Notes: generated by a model not told the origin, from the sequence alone. DNA of 32,000 nt from Candidatus Saccharimonadota bacterium (GCA_965231145.1 OZ246420.1:960001-992000); one strand, 5' to 3'. Shown: positions 1-10,019, counted from the stretch's first letter. Numbers and translations are program-made.

Positions 1-247
1 CAGACCACATTTCGAGTATCGTAATCTGTGATGCCTGAGCAAGATCTTCGACTGTGGGAAATTTCTCCAGCCGAGCTTTGTATTTGGTCTTTACTCTTTC
101 TACCTGTGTTTGCTGCGACATAATCTCCGAAACTAAAATCTTGTAAGGATCGGTTGTCCTACGCCATGGTAAATCACGAGCATTGGTTTCATATCGTGAG
201 AGTATCTTTGTCTGTAGCGCTTTTTTCTTTGTTGCATTGATTATCAT
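1..247 (-). CDS. mutY: A/G-specific adenine glycosylase MutY (HhH-GPD family), N-terminal 82 codons; the gene runs off the window start
   Basis: ATG at 247 on the minus strand. The translation MIINATKKKALQTKILSRYETNARDLPWRRTTDPYKILVSEIMSQQTQVERVKTKYKARLEKFPTVEDLAQASQITILEMWS carries the MutY/Nth N-terminal signature LPWR..DPY..VSEIM.QQTQV..V...Y..F...FPT...LA. It is missing from the ORF track because there is no stop inside the window. Confidence 0.75.
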   Translation of the reverse strand, partial: MIINATKKKALQTKILSRYETNARDLPWRRTTDPYKILVSEIMSQQTQVERVKTKYKARLEKFPTVEDLAQASQITILEMWS

Positions 248-672
248 ATCCTGATAATAGTAAAATACACATGAAGAACAATTTATTTTTATAGTCTATT
301 GTTTTTCTTCGTCCTGCCGGACGGGCGTTACTTTTTAGCATATCCCTAAAACCCCCGTAGTAAATACGGGGAAAAAGGTCTAGCAGATTTTAGCACTACG
401 AGCCTGTGAGTTATTCACATATTGACTACTAAAGCCTTTCGTTCTCACGAACTCAATGCTCTTCGCATGAATCATTATTCACGGACTGGCTAAAGGAGAC
501 GCAGGAAAAATCGGCATGTGAGAAACTTTTACCCCATCTCCGGCAGGAGAAAAGAAAATGCAAAATCCAGAGCAATAATATCATCTTCTGCCTTTATCAG
601 AGCCGTTTTTGCGCTACGCCTTGCATCAAAAAGGCTAATCTGTATAGTGGTGACTACGTTTAGCTTATTACT

Positions 673-1014
673 ATGGTAACTATGGATTTTACAGGAAAGA
701 TCATCTACAAAGGAGCAAAAGAGACTGTTGGACAAAATGGTTTTGAAAAACTTTCAATCGTACTCGAAGAAGTTACAGATAAAGATTATAAATCATCTCT
801 TATGATAGAGTTCTTCAAGGATAAAATTGAACTTGCGGCACCTTTGAAGATGGGAGACACTATTAAAGCGTATGTTAACCCACGCGCAAAAGAATACAAT
901 GGTCGTTGGTATAACAGCGTATCATGCTGGAAGATTGATATGATCTCTCAAGGATCTGGAAAAGCTACAAGTTCTGAAGACTCATATGATGACAATGAAG
1001 ATCTTCCGTTTTAA
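673..1014 (+). CDS. DUF3127-family OB-fold-like protein with an SSB-type acidic C-terminal tip
   Basis: Uninterrupted ORF (alternative ATG at 682). FTGKIIYKG...FEKLSIVLEE...KMGDTIKAYVNPRAKEYNGRWYNSVSCWKID matches my recollection of DUF3127 (..sREYNGRWYt.v.aWk.). The tail ends DSYDDNEDLPF, like the SSB tip DDDIPF. The stop is TAA. Confidence 0.8.
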   Translation: MVTMDFTGKIIYKGAKETVGQNGFEKLSIVLEEVTDKDYKSSLMIEFFKDKIELAAPLKMGDTIKAYVNPRAKEYNGRWYNSVSCWKIDMISQGSGKATSSEDSYDDNEDLPF

Positions 1015-1023
1015 TGGTAGAAC

Positions 1024-2592
1024 GTGAAAACGTTTTATCGTTTGATCGTATCATCCATCTCTATGAAATTACTTAAAGTTTCTTTCCCATACGAAAAGAT
1101 AACGCCACTTGCCATCAAAAGCATCACGGCTGCATATTTTCGCGGACATAAGAATCGCCCTTCTATGCAAGAGGCGTTTCTTTTTTCGCACATACAGAAA
1201 CACGCCGATACAGCCTTTGGAAGTGTGCATGATCTCTCCAGAGTCGACTCTGTTGAAGCTTTTCAAAGAGCAATTCCTCTCCAGCATTATGAAAGCATCT
1301 ATCCGCGGATCGAGCGCTGCCTGCGTGGAGAAAAAGATATACTTGTACGTGGAAAGATAGACCGGTTTGCTACATCATCGGGAACAACAGGGAAAAACAA
1401 GTATATTCCTGTGACGAAAGCTGCATTGAAATATAATCACTATCGTGCTGGAACGGATATGATTATGGCGTATGCAAGGGAAAATCCGACGACGAAAATG
1501 TGGCCTGGACAGGCGCTTGGCATTGGCGGATGATTTTCGTACAACCCATTTACCGGTAAGAAAAACGTTGGTTTCATCTCTGCCATACTGCAGCGCAATA
1601 TGCCACTACTCGTAAGGATGATGAAACAGCCTAAGGCAAATATTTCATACTTGAGTGACTGGCAAAAGAAAGTAGAGAAGATGATCGAGGTCACGAAAGA
1701 GAAAAATATTACCTCAATCTCCTGACAACCATCGCGATGCTCTGCGTATCTTGAGAAGATGCTCGCACATACAAAGAAAAAAAACATATTGGAAGTATGG
1801 CCGAACTTTGAGCTCGTCATACGATGAGGCATGGCAATAGACCTTTACAAGCCTATTTTCGAGCGTCTGCTCCCTTCGGAGCAAGTAAGATATTGCCAAG
1901 TCTACAACGCAAGTGAATGATTTTTTGCAGCCCAGCATGAAAACAATCGTGACGACATGCTTCTGTTTGTTGAGCATGCAGTATTTTATGAGTTTATACC
2001 TTTTGAAAATTACCTTCGCAAGTGCTATGAGACAGCATTGACGATCTATGAAGTAGAAGTAGGAAAGCCGTATGTTATCGTCATTACGAACAATGCTGGC
2101 CTCTGGAGATATGTGCTCGGTGACGTTGTTGAATTTACCGGTACTGAGCCACATACCATTAAAATCACCGGAAGAACGAAATATTACATTGATGTTGCTG
2201 GCGAGTGTACTCCTCTTGAGCCTATTAATGCAGCACTGCGTGAGGCTTCGATACAAACTCAAGGTATCATAAAAGAATATACGGTCGGTCCTGGAAAGCT
2301 TACTGCGCCTGATCAGTGACACTATGAGCTTATTATTGAACGAGAGCAAAAGCCTGCATGCGATGAAAAAGCTTTTGCTACGCTTTTCGATGACCTTCTC
2401 TGTAAAAAATGGTCGTACTATCACGATGAGAGGCACGATACGCACATGTTACAAGTTCCTGTGGCCCATTTTGCTCCTCCTAAGACATTTTATCGCCGGC
2501 TGGAACAAAGAGGGAAGCTTGGAGGCCAGCATAAAGTACCGAAAATCAGCTCAGAAAGGACGATCATAGCGGAGGTATTTCGTCTGCTGTAA
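1024..2592 (+). CDS. GH3-family acyl-acid amido synthetase-like protein (GH3 auxin-responsive promoter family)
   Basis: Track pieces 1024-1533 and 1957-2319 plus the gaps form one frame with 5 in-frame TGA and no TAA/TAG. It ends on TAA at 2590-2592. Motifs: FATSSGTTGKNKYIP, EVWPNFELVIR[TGA]G (family HGG), YNASE[TGA]FFA (family SEGFF) and SIS[TGA]QPS (family SGVPS). Confidence 0.8.
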
Positions 2593-2594
2593 AT

Positions 2595-2622
2595 TTGACA
2601 AAATACATATTTATGATATAAT
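2595..2622 (+). promoter_or_regulatory. Consensus sigma70-type promoter TTGACA-N16-TATAAT
   Basis: TTGACA at 2595-2600, a 16-nt spacer, then TATAAT at 2617-2622, directly after the GH3 stop. The only thing downstream before the bidirectional terminator at 2817-2850 is a short ORF or RNA. Confidence 0.45.
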
Positions 2623-2655
2623 ATAAACATATAATTTTTATTGTATCGAATATGC

Positions 2656-2799
2656 ATGGTTCGCCACTTCTCTGTTATGTCCCATATATCACATTTCTTC
2701 ATCCACTATACGCATCATCATGTTTCGATGATACCGGAGGTTGTTATCTTTGGAAAGCACTTTGCATTGGCATTAGCTACATCTATGGGAGCAACATAA
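2656..2799 (+). CDS. Hypothetical 47-aa ORF between an orphan promoter and a terminator (could be a small RNA instead)
   Basis: The ORF runs from ATG at 2656 to TAA at 2797-2799 and encodes MVRHFSVMSHISHFFIHYTHHHVSMIPEVVIFGKHFALALATSMGAT. I recognise no family. The only support is the promoter/terminator bracketing. Confidence 0.2.
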   Translation: MVRHFSVMSHISHFFIHYTHHHVSMIPEVVIFGKHFALALATSMGAT

Positions 2800-2816
2800 A
2801 CAATACTAATTTCTCT

Positions 2817-2850
2817 AATAAAAAATGAGGCCTCTATGACCTCATTTTTT
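2817..2850. terminator. Bidirectional rho-independent terminator
   Basis: The hairpin AATGAGG-(9 nt)-CCTCATT at 2824-2846 has an A-run on the left and a T-run on the right. It abuts the tsaC stop (2850-2852). Confidence 0.6.
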
Positions 2851-3434
2851 TATGCTCTTAAAATTTCTATAGCTCCGTCTTCGCCTATGCGCACAATTTG
2901 CGACGGCTCCCCTGCGCTATCTGCTATGTCGGACGACAGATACGCATCTGCTCATGAGATAATCTGCTCATCTACCACAGCAAATGATGTTGGCGATGGC
3001 TGTCCGCTCAGATTTGCTGACGTCGATACAATCGGCTTTCCATATGCAACAAGCATCTCATGACATCGCTTTGCTCATACATTGTTTTCTCTTTCAGTCA
3101 CAATGCGCACCGCGAGTGTTCCATCGCTATAATATACATTGTCAGCGAGTCACTGTACGCCTGACAAGACGAGCGTTACTGGCTTTGGGGCTGCAGCAAT
3201 ATATGATTTCTGTTCATCAGTTAAAGCGACTCCATATGCTGCGAGCATCTCTTCTGAAGCAAATAATACTACCATACTTTTTTCTTTCGGGCGCTGCTTC
3301 AATGCATAGACTTTTTCTACTGCATCAAAATTTCACGCATCACATCCGATGCCTCGGATAGTATCCGTCGGATACACTATCGTTCATCAGTCAGTAAGCA
3401 CCTGTAACAATCACTCTGTATCAGTTTTCAGCAT
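2850..3434 (-). CDS. tsaC: L-threonylcarbamoyladenylate synthase (TsaC/YrdC family)
   Basis: Found only under table 25: 195 codons from ATG at 3434 to TAA at 2850-2852. Translation: MLKTDTE[G]LLQVLTD[G][G]TIVYPTDTIRGIGCDA[G]NFDAVEKVYALKQRPKEKSMVVLFAS...GKPIVSTSANLSGQPS. These are the YrdC signatures GG.v.yPTDT.yGlGcda, K.R...KP and STSAN.SG. The plus-strand track ORFs 2836-3063 and 2984-3361 are antisense shadows. Confidence 0.85.
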
Positions 3435-3439
3435 GGAAT

Positions 3440-6244
3440 TTATTTAATGATAAGATTGATAATTTTATCTTGGACAAAGATGATTTTTGCGATTTCCTTT
3501 CCTGCAAGAGACGAAGCAAATCTGTCATCACTCTGTATAAGATTCATGATTTCTTCTTGCGATGTTCATGCATTAATTTCCAATGTTCATTTCATCTTAC
3601 CGTTGATCTGTACTGGCAGATTTATGCTATCTGCTGCGATTTTTGAGGCATCATATTGTGGCCATGCAGAGAAATGAATAGTTGATTCGTTGCCGATTTG
3701 TTCCCATATTTTTTGTGTTACTCTTGTAGCAAATGGTGAAAGCAATTGAAGGAACATGCTGAGCTGTTGTTTGGTAATGGTCTTCTTATCGTAGACCTCA
3801 TTAACAAACACCATGAGTTTTGAAACCGCTGTGTTTCATTTTATCTTTTCTATATCCTCACTTACTCACTTGATCGTCTTATGAAGTATCGGCTCAAGAA
3901 CAGTACTTTCTGATGAAGTATCTAAGAATTGAGTAAGGCGTTCTACTCTCTCTAAGAATTTTTTCACTCCCATCATAGAGCTCACATTCCATACTTTCTC
4001 CTGTTCAATTGGTCACATGAACATGACATATGTTCTGAGCGTATCTGATCCGTGCTCCAGCGCAACTTCACTTGGGTTGATGACATTTCCCCAACGCTTT
4101 GACATTTTACGTCCGTCTGGCCCAAGGATAAATCACTGATGGACAAGCTTTTGAAATGGCTCTGCGCATGAAACATATCCCTGATCAAAGAGGAATTTAT
4201 GGATAAAACGAGAGTACAAGAGATGTCCATACGTATGCTCTTTCCCACCAATATAGAAATCTACAGGCAGCGTCTTGTCTGCAAGTTCTTTGCTGATAAG
4301 TTCTTTCTCGTTCTTCGGATCAATGAAACGCAAGAAGTAGAACGAGCTACACATAAATGTATCGAGCGTATCGCACTCGCGGAGATATGTTTTCCCGTCT
4401 TTTGCTGTATAATGTGGAAATGTTGGATGATCTGCGAGCGGAGACTTCCCTGCTGGCTTATAGTCCTTTACATCTAAAGGAAGAAGTACAGGAAGTTCAT
4501 CTTCAGGAATAAGCTGGGGATTTCCTGCTTCATCGTAATAGACCGGTATTGGAGAGCCCCAGTAACGCTGACGAGAAACAGACCAGTCGCGGAGTTTATA
4601 TGTTACCTTCGACCTTCCAACTCACTGCTCTTCCAGATATTCGGTTATTTTTTTCTTCGCTTCAACATTATCCATGCCATCAAACCTATCTGAATTGATA
4701 AGCTTTCCTGTTCATGTATATGCTTTATTTGCGTCTCTATGTCTTCTAAAGAAAACTAAATTAGAGTTGGCGGCTCCTGGTGTCTTTGAAAGGAAGGCGT
4801 CTACCTCCTCTACTGACACCCATACAAGTGCATGTACATCTGCACCCTCAATCTCTCAGGTATTATCCTGAGATTTTAAGCGATAAACAGCGCAATTTTC
4901 ACAACTATATCTATTGATATCTTTATGTGCTACATAATACTCAGCATGTATTTCTCAAGGAATCATCTCGACAAATTCCACATCTGAATATCCTGTTTCT
5001 TCTAATATCTCTCTTGCTCAGGCTGCTACAATATCCTCTCACTCTTCCACTCCTCACATCACAAACGACTTTCGGTCTTGCGTCTTTCGATCAATACACA
5101 ATACATTCTCCATTTTTTCATCGTAAAGCATCGCCAAGACATTGCGTCTTACACTATTTTGCTTCCCTTCTACCGGAGGATTTCACGAAATATAGTGCAT
5201 CGCTATAACGTCTTTCACTGCAAGATCGTGCTTTTTCGCAAAAGCCCAATCTCTTTCGTCGTGCGCAGGCACACACATGACCGCTCCTGTTGCGTAGTCA
5301 GGAAGCACGTAATCTGCAAACCAGACTGGAACTTGTTCATTGGTCAATGGATGTTTTGCGTAGACTCCTGAGAAAAATCCTGATCTTTCTTGTGCGTCTT
5401 GTTGTCTTTCGAGCGCGGTTTTCTTTCCTGTTACCTTGCGATATTCTACAAGCTCTGATTTCTTTTCAGCAGAAAGTAGTGAGTCCATAAGCTCATTTTC
5501 AGGCGCAAGCACGATAGCTGTTACTCCGTAGATCGTATCTGGTCTTGTCGTAAATACAGTTATTGAGGACTGAGCATTGAGAATTGAGAATTGAATTTCA
5601 GCGCCTTCAGACTTACCGATCCAGTATTTCTGCTGTGTCTTCGTTTCTTCCGGCCAATCGACAAGATCTAAGTCGTTGATAAGTCTTTCTGCGTAGTCGG
5701 TAATTTTGATAAACCACTGCATATGTTTTTTCTGTACGACTTCTGTCCCACAACGCTCACACTTTCCATCAACTACCTGGTCGTTTGCAAGTACCGTCTG
5801 GTCTTGTGGACACCAGTTTACAAAAGCTTCTTTACGATACACAAGTCCTGCTTTAAAAAGCTGCTGAAAAATCCACTGCGTCCATTTGTAGTATTCTGGC
5901 GACGAAGTCGCAAATTCGCGGTCCCAGTCGTAGCTCCAGTCCATGAGTCTACACTGTTCAATGAAGCTCGCAATATTTTCTTTTGTTACATCAACTGCAG
6001 GTTTTCCAACTTTCATAGCGTATCCTTCTGTTGGCAATCCAAAAGAGTCCCAACCGATAGGATTGAGCACTGAAAATCCATTCATGCGCTTGTAGCGAGC
6101 GATGATATCATTCGCCGTATATGGTAATGCATGTCCAACATGAAGCCCAGCCCCACTTGGATACGGAAACATCGCAAGCGAATAGAATATTTTATCTTTC
6201 GCTGCTTTTGTCAGATCAACTTTGAAAGGATTGTCTTTGTTCAT
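3440..6244 (-). CDS. leuS: Leucyl-tRNA synthetase with an embedded Nudix-like domain
   Basis: Track pieces 5183-6244, 4133-4354 and 3587-3814 plus the gaps form one frame of 2805 nt, with 14 in-frame TGA and no TAA/TAG by my reading. Motifs: HIGH as [24 protein letters not shown], [G][31 protein letters not shown] as [10 protein letters not shown], and C-terminal VQINGKMK[G]TLEI. TAA at 3440-3442 lies 5 nt before the tsaC ATG. Confidence 0.92.
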
Positions 6245-6313
6245 AGCCGGTATAAAGTGGATAAACTCGTGTTTCTATGTAATGAATTTGCCTCAAAATG
6301 TCAATGTAGAATG

Positions 6314-6338
6314 AAAAAAACAGCCTGCGTACAGGCTG
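6314..6338 (-). terminator. Rho-independent terminator of the 159-aa gene
   Basis: Hairpin CAGCCTG-CGTA-CAGGCTG at 6321-6338. The A-run at 6314-6320 is a T-run on the minus strand, about 25 nt after the TAA at 6364-6366. Confidence 0.6.
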
Positions 6339-6363
6339 CGCTATTATATCCTATCATCTCATA

Positions 6364-6843
6364 TTATGCAACATACTGGACAAGTATCTTCTGCTTGTGC
6401 TTATTGATATCGAAAGTAAACACATTACCAAGCTCCTCACATATTTTCCGCAGGATTGTCTTAAGATAACCAAGAAAACCTTTGTTCTTCGTAAGCCATC
6501 GGGGTTCCTGCTTATAGAAACTTTGTAATTGATGAAATGCGATATCATGATGGCGTTTTGTAATGTGTTTCTTGATCCACGATTCAACTCTTGAAGCTTG
6601 CAACTCACCAGATAGGTAGCCAAATATTTCATTTCGAGGAGTGGTTTCTATACGAACCTTTACTCCTTTAAAATGGTTTTCTATGGCTGACTTCGCGAAC
6701 TGAATTGTGAGAGGAATATCGGACTCATCACTACTGTATTTCCATAGGCTCGTTAAATCGAGCTTCTTATCATCAGTCTTAAGTGCCGCCTCGCATGCGC
6801 GTAATATTCCTTCATAGTTCGTCTTTGTAGTTCTGTTTTTCAT
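6364..6843 (-). CDS. Hypothetical protein (159 aa)
   Basis: Uninterrupted ORF with a TAA stop and its own terminator. I recognise no family (MKNRTTKTNYEGILRACEAALKTDDKK...). Confidence 0.6.
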   Translation of the reverse strand: MKNRTTKTNYEGILRACEAALKTDDKKLDLTSLWKYSSDESDIPLTIQFAKSAIENHFKGVKVRIETTPRNEIFGYLSGELQASRVESWIKKHITKRHHDIAFHQLQSFYKQEPRWLTKNKGFLGYLKTILRKICEELGNVFTFDINKHKQKILVQYVA

Positions 6844-6983
6844 AACGTATTATTTTATTAGGTATTCGTTTATAATAGGTACCACTAGTATGAAAACTTT
6901 ATTTTCCTTTCATACCTTCAAGCTCCTTCACGGCGGAGTTGCCTTAGAAGAATGTTAACTATTCAACAGATTGTGTCAATAAT

Positions 6984-7010
6984 AAAAAATCCCGCTATTT
7001 CTAGCGGGAT
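6984..7010 (-). terminator. Rho-independent terminator downstream of pyk
   Basis: Hairpin ATCCCGC-(8 nt)-GCGGGAT at 6989-7010, with an A-run at 6984-6988 (a T-run on the minus strand). Confidence 0.6.
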
Positions 7011-7034
7011 TCTTGATACTGATATGGTCGAAAG

Positions 7035-7070
7035 ATACTGTATCTGTATCTCGTATCTGTATCTATACAG
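7035..7070. repeat. Short tandem GTATCT x4 framed by the inverted repeat ATACTGTAT/ATACAGTA
   Basis: The sequence reads gatactGTATCTGTATCTcGTATCTGTATCTatacagta, between the pyk stop and its terminator. Confidence 0.4.
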
Positions 7071-7075
7071 TAGGC

Positions 7076-8509
7076 TTATAAGACGTCGCTTACAGCAACT
7101 ACCTCGAGGATTGGGAACTCCTTTCCATCGCGGAGGATATCTGAAACTACTACTACCTTATCTCCCTTTGCAACATTTCCTGTAGAAGCGATCTTCTCAA
7201 TTGCTTCCTTCAAGACCTCAGCATGGTGAGTAAACGGCAGGTATCTTGCTACAATACCGAAGAGGATCGTTGTGTTCGTAAATGTTCTTTCATTGTTAGT
7301 AAATGCATACACTGGCACAGTAGGTCTGTAAGCAGCAGCAAGTCTTGCGAGTCTTCCTGTCTTTGTGAAGACAACAATACCCTTTGCTCCTAGTGCTTCT
7401 GCTGTTTGCACCGCAGACTTAATGAGGAGTTTCTTCTCTTCATCTCTTGGAGTTAAACCAATTCCTTCATAGTCTTCATGTTTGTACTCAATAACTGATT
7501 CTGCCTGAAGAGCAACTTTTTTCATCATATCTACCGCTTGGATAGGATACTTACCAATTGTTGTTTCTCCTGAAAGCATGATCGCGTCAGCCTTCTGTAC
7601 TACTGCATTGAAGATGTCGCTTACTTCAGCTCTTGTTGGAAATGGATTTTCAATCATAGACTCAAGCATGTGTGTTGCAACGATAACATATTTACCATTT
7701 GCTCTACACATCTTTACGATATTTCTTTGGTATACTGGAAGTGTTTCAATCTCGATCTCAATACCAAGATCTCCACGAGCAACCATCACTCCATCTGAGT
7801 TAAGTACGATCTCTTCTACATTATCGAGCGCCTCCTGATTTTCAATCTTTGAAATAATCTGAATATGAGACGCGTTGTTCTCCGCAAGAAGATCACGAAG
7901 CTCCTTGATGTTGTCCTTGTTTCTTACGAAACTCATGGCAATATAGTCGAATCCATGCTCGATAGCGAAAAGCGTATCTTTCTTATCCTGAGGAATAAGA
8001 CCTGGAAGTCTGAGCTTCACACCTGGAAGATTTACGTGTCTGCGCTGTTTTACATTTTTCATAGAGTGAAGCGCTTCTACCACGAGATGGTCTGCAGCTT
8101 TTTCTTTCACGATAACATCTAAGAGTCCAGACTCAATCTTAATGATGTGACCTACTGTCAAATCTTCTACAAGATATGGATAGTCACATGAAAGATCTTG
8201 TTCACCTGTTGCTTTTGCAGGGTCTACGAAAATCTTAAATACATCTCCTTTCTCATAGTTTTTGAGACCTTCATAGTCTCCTGTTCTCATCTCAGGTCCT
8301 TTCGTATCGAGAAGAAGTCCGAGCTTTGTTGTTCCTGCTTTATTGAGCTTATGTACGATAGCAGCAACTTTTGCTGTATTGTCATAATCTGCATGAGAAA
8401 AGTTGAATCTCAATACATTTACTCCTGCCTTATAGAGAGCGATGATCTGATCCTCTGCCCATGTTACCGGACCAACAGTAGCAATAATTTTCGTTCTTTT
8501 CATAGCCAT
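7076..8509 (-). CDS. pyk: Pyruvate kinase
   Basis: Intact 477-aa ORF with no TGA. MKRTKIIATVGP..., LRFNFSHADY, LLDTKGPEMRTG, MVARGDLGIEIE and ATHMLESM are canonical PK motifs. The stop is TAA. Confidence 0.95.
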   Translation of the reverse strand: MAMKRTKIIATVGPVTWAEDQIIALYKAGVNVLRFNFSHADYDNTAKVAAIVHKLNKAGTTKLGLLLDTKGPEMRTGDYEGLKNYEKGDVFKIFVDPAKATGEQDLSCDYPYLVEDLTVGHIIKIESGLLDVIVKEKAADHLVVEALHSMKNVKQRRHVNLPGVKLRLPGLIPQDKKDTLFAIEHGFDYIAMSFVRNKDNIKELRDLLAENNASHIQIISKIENQEALDNVEEIVLNSDGVMVARGDLGIEIEIETLPVYQRNIVKMCRANGKYVIVATHMLESMIENPFPTRAEVSDIFNAVVQKADAIMLSGETTIGKYPIQAVDMMKKVALQAESVIEYKHEDYEGIGLTPRDEEKKLLIKSAVQTAEALGAKGIVVFTKTGRLARLAAAYRPTVPVYAFTNNERTFTNTTILFGIVARYLPFTHHAEVLKEAIEKIASTGNVAKGDKVVVVSDILRDGKEFPILEVVAVSDVL

Positions 8510-8547
8510 AGTAGCGTCATAATTACAAATTTAAATCAACCCTACCA

Positions 8548-8575
8548 ATTATAGGGATACCAAGCTTTTTTACAA
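8548..8575 (-). promoter_or_regulatory. Putative sigma70-like promoter for pyk (TTGTAA-N16-TATAAT on the minus strand)
   Basis: The reverse complement of 8570-8575 is TTGTAA and that of 8548-8553 is TATAAT, with a 16-nt spacer, about 40 nt upstream of the pyk ATG. Confidence 0.4.
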
Positions 8576-8586
8576 GGTGAAAACTC

Positions 8587-9870
8587 TTATCTTTTACCAT
8601 ATTGTGCTTTGCTTCCGAGCGCTCTTTCTATTCTCAGGAGCTGATTGTACTTCGCGATTCTATCGGTTCTGCTGAGCGAACCGGTCTTAATGTAACCAGC
8701 ATTTGTGGCTACAGCCAGATCGGCAATAAATGTGTCCTCTGTCTCTCCCGATCTATGTGAGATAATGCATGAAAGATTGTTTTTCTGCGCCAAAGCGATC
8801 GTATCGAGCGTCTCTGAAACTGAGCCGATCTGGTTGAGCTTAATAAGAATAGCATTTGAAAGATGTTGGTCAATTCCCATTTGGAGTCTTTTTACATTTG
8901 TCACATAGAGGTCATCTCCTACGGTGCGAACGCTCTTCTCGAGTCCTTTTTCTGCAAGAAGCTTTTCAAAATGTGCCCATCCTGCAAAGTCATCTTCTGC
9001 AAATCCGTCTTCAATACTCACGATCGGATAACGAGCGATAAGATCCATATAATACTCAGCCATCTCTTCTGAAGTCAAACTTTTTCCTTCTCCCGAAATT
9101 TCATATTTCCCTTCTTTGAAAAACTCTGACGATGCAACATCGAGACCGATCTTGATTTGCTCTGTCGTATATCCCGCATCACCAATAGCTTTTACGACTG
9201 TGTCTAATGCGATCGTATTGCTTGAAAGATTTGGAGCGTATCCTCCTTCGTCTCCTACACCTGTTGCAAGACCCTGTGACTTAAGGATCTTCTTGAGCGT
9301 ATGAAATACTTCTGCACCCATGCGAAGCGCCTCGCTAAATGAAGGAGCTCCCTGCGGGATGATCATAAATTCCTGAAAGTCTAAGCCGTTATCTGCATGC
9401 TCTCCTCCATTGATAATATTCATGTATGGAATCGGCAATACATATCCTTGTCCTTCTGAAAGGTACTCGTGAATAGCTTTTCCAGCCTCTTTTGCACACG
9501 CATCGATATATGCCATAGAAACAGCAAGGATTGCATTTGCACCAAGGTTCGATTTGTTTTCTGTAGCATCGAGCGTGAGCAATGCACTGTCGTGCTCGCG
9601 GAATGATGAAAATTCTTTTCCGACAATCGCCGCGCTGATCGTTGTATTAATATTATTCACAGCTTTTGTTGTACCCTTTCCAAGATATCTTGCTTTATCT
9701 CCATCGCGAAGTTCAAGAGCCTCGTGTGTTCCAGTCGACGCACCCGATGGCACAAGCCCTCTTCCTGTATGTCCTGACGCAAGCGTCACATTAGCTTCTA
9801 CCGTAGGGTTTCCTCTACTATCCATAATTTCTAGTCCTCGTACGTGTGTTATTTTTGTCATCGTTTTCAT
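8587..9870 (-). CDS. eno: Enolase (phosphopyruvate hydratase)
   Basis: Intact 427-aa ORF with no TGA. Motifs: [60 protein letters not shown]. The stop is TAA. Confidence 0.95.
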   Translation of the reverse strand: MKTMTKITHVRGLEIMDSRGNPTVEANVTLASGHTGRGLVPSGASTGTHEALELRDGDKARYLGKGTTKAVNNINTTISAAIVGKEFSSFREHDSALLTLDATENKSNLGANAILAVSMAYIDACAKEAGKAIHEYLSEGQGYVLPIPYMNIINGGEHADNGLDFQEFMIIPQGAPSFSEALRMGAEVFHTLKKILKSQGLATGVGDEGGYAPNLSSNTIALDTVVKAIGDAGYTTEQIKIGLDVASSEFFKEGKYEISGEGKSLTSEEMAEYYMDLIARYPIVSIEDGFAEDDFAGWAHFEKLLAEKGLEKSVRTVGDDLYVTNVKRLQMGIDQHLSNAILIKLNQIGSVSETLDTIALAQKNNLSCIISHRSGETEDTFIADLAVATNAGYIKTGSLSRTDRIAKYNQLLRIERALGSKAQYGKR

Positions 9871-9961
9871 CTCAAAAAAAGTAAATCATCCAAGAGTTCA
9901 CACTATCGAAAACCACCTTCAATATCAAGCTCGACCCTCTCACAAATATATTTTTTTTTAC

Positions 9962-9988
9962 AAAAAAAGCCCCCGGAAACCCGGGGGC
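9962..9988 (-). terminator. Rho-independent terminator of ppdK
   Basis: Hairpin GCCCCCGG-AAAC-CCGGGGGC at 9969-9988, with an A-run at 9962-9968 (a T-run on the minus strand), 30 nt after the ppdK TAA. Its stem is identical to that of the icd-like terminator at 26047-26066. Confidence 0.7.
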
Positions 9989-10019
9989 TATATTTACAAC
10001 TATCTGTAAAAACAGTAGC

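Noticed and set aside
248-672. tmRNA, RNase P RNA or SRP RNA in the mutY-DUF3127 spacer
   Set aside because: I could not find the conserved cores by eye: GGUUCGA..CCA end and tag ORF, GAGGAAAGUCC, or the GGAA/AGCA domain IV. It is kept only as an unassigned structured-RNA candidate.
1714-2445. 243-aa minus-strand ORF in the track
   Set aside because: It is an antisense shadow of the GH3 gene, with a low-complexity, implausible sequence. The plus frame carries clear family motifs.
3440-6244. Reading the fragmented leuS, mutS, ABC, GH3, DUF2779 and Abi genes as pseudogenes or a decaying genome
   Set aside because: All interruptions are TGA only. The frame never shifts and no TAA or TAG intervenes. 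The TGA sites coincide with conserved glycines, so the genes are intact under table 25.
7035-7070. CRISPR-like or other spaced repeat arrays (also 21915-22103)
   Set aside because: These are only 6-nt tandem units or palindromic REP-type elements without regular repeat-spacer periodicity. No cas genes are present.
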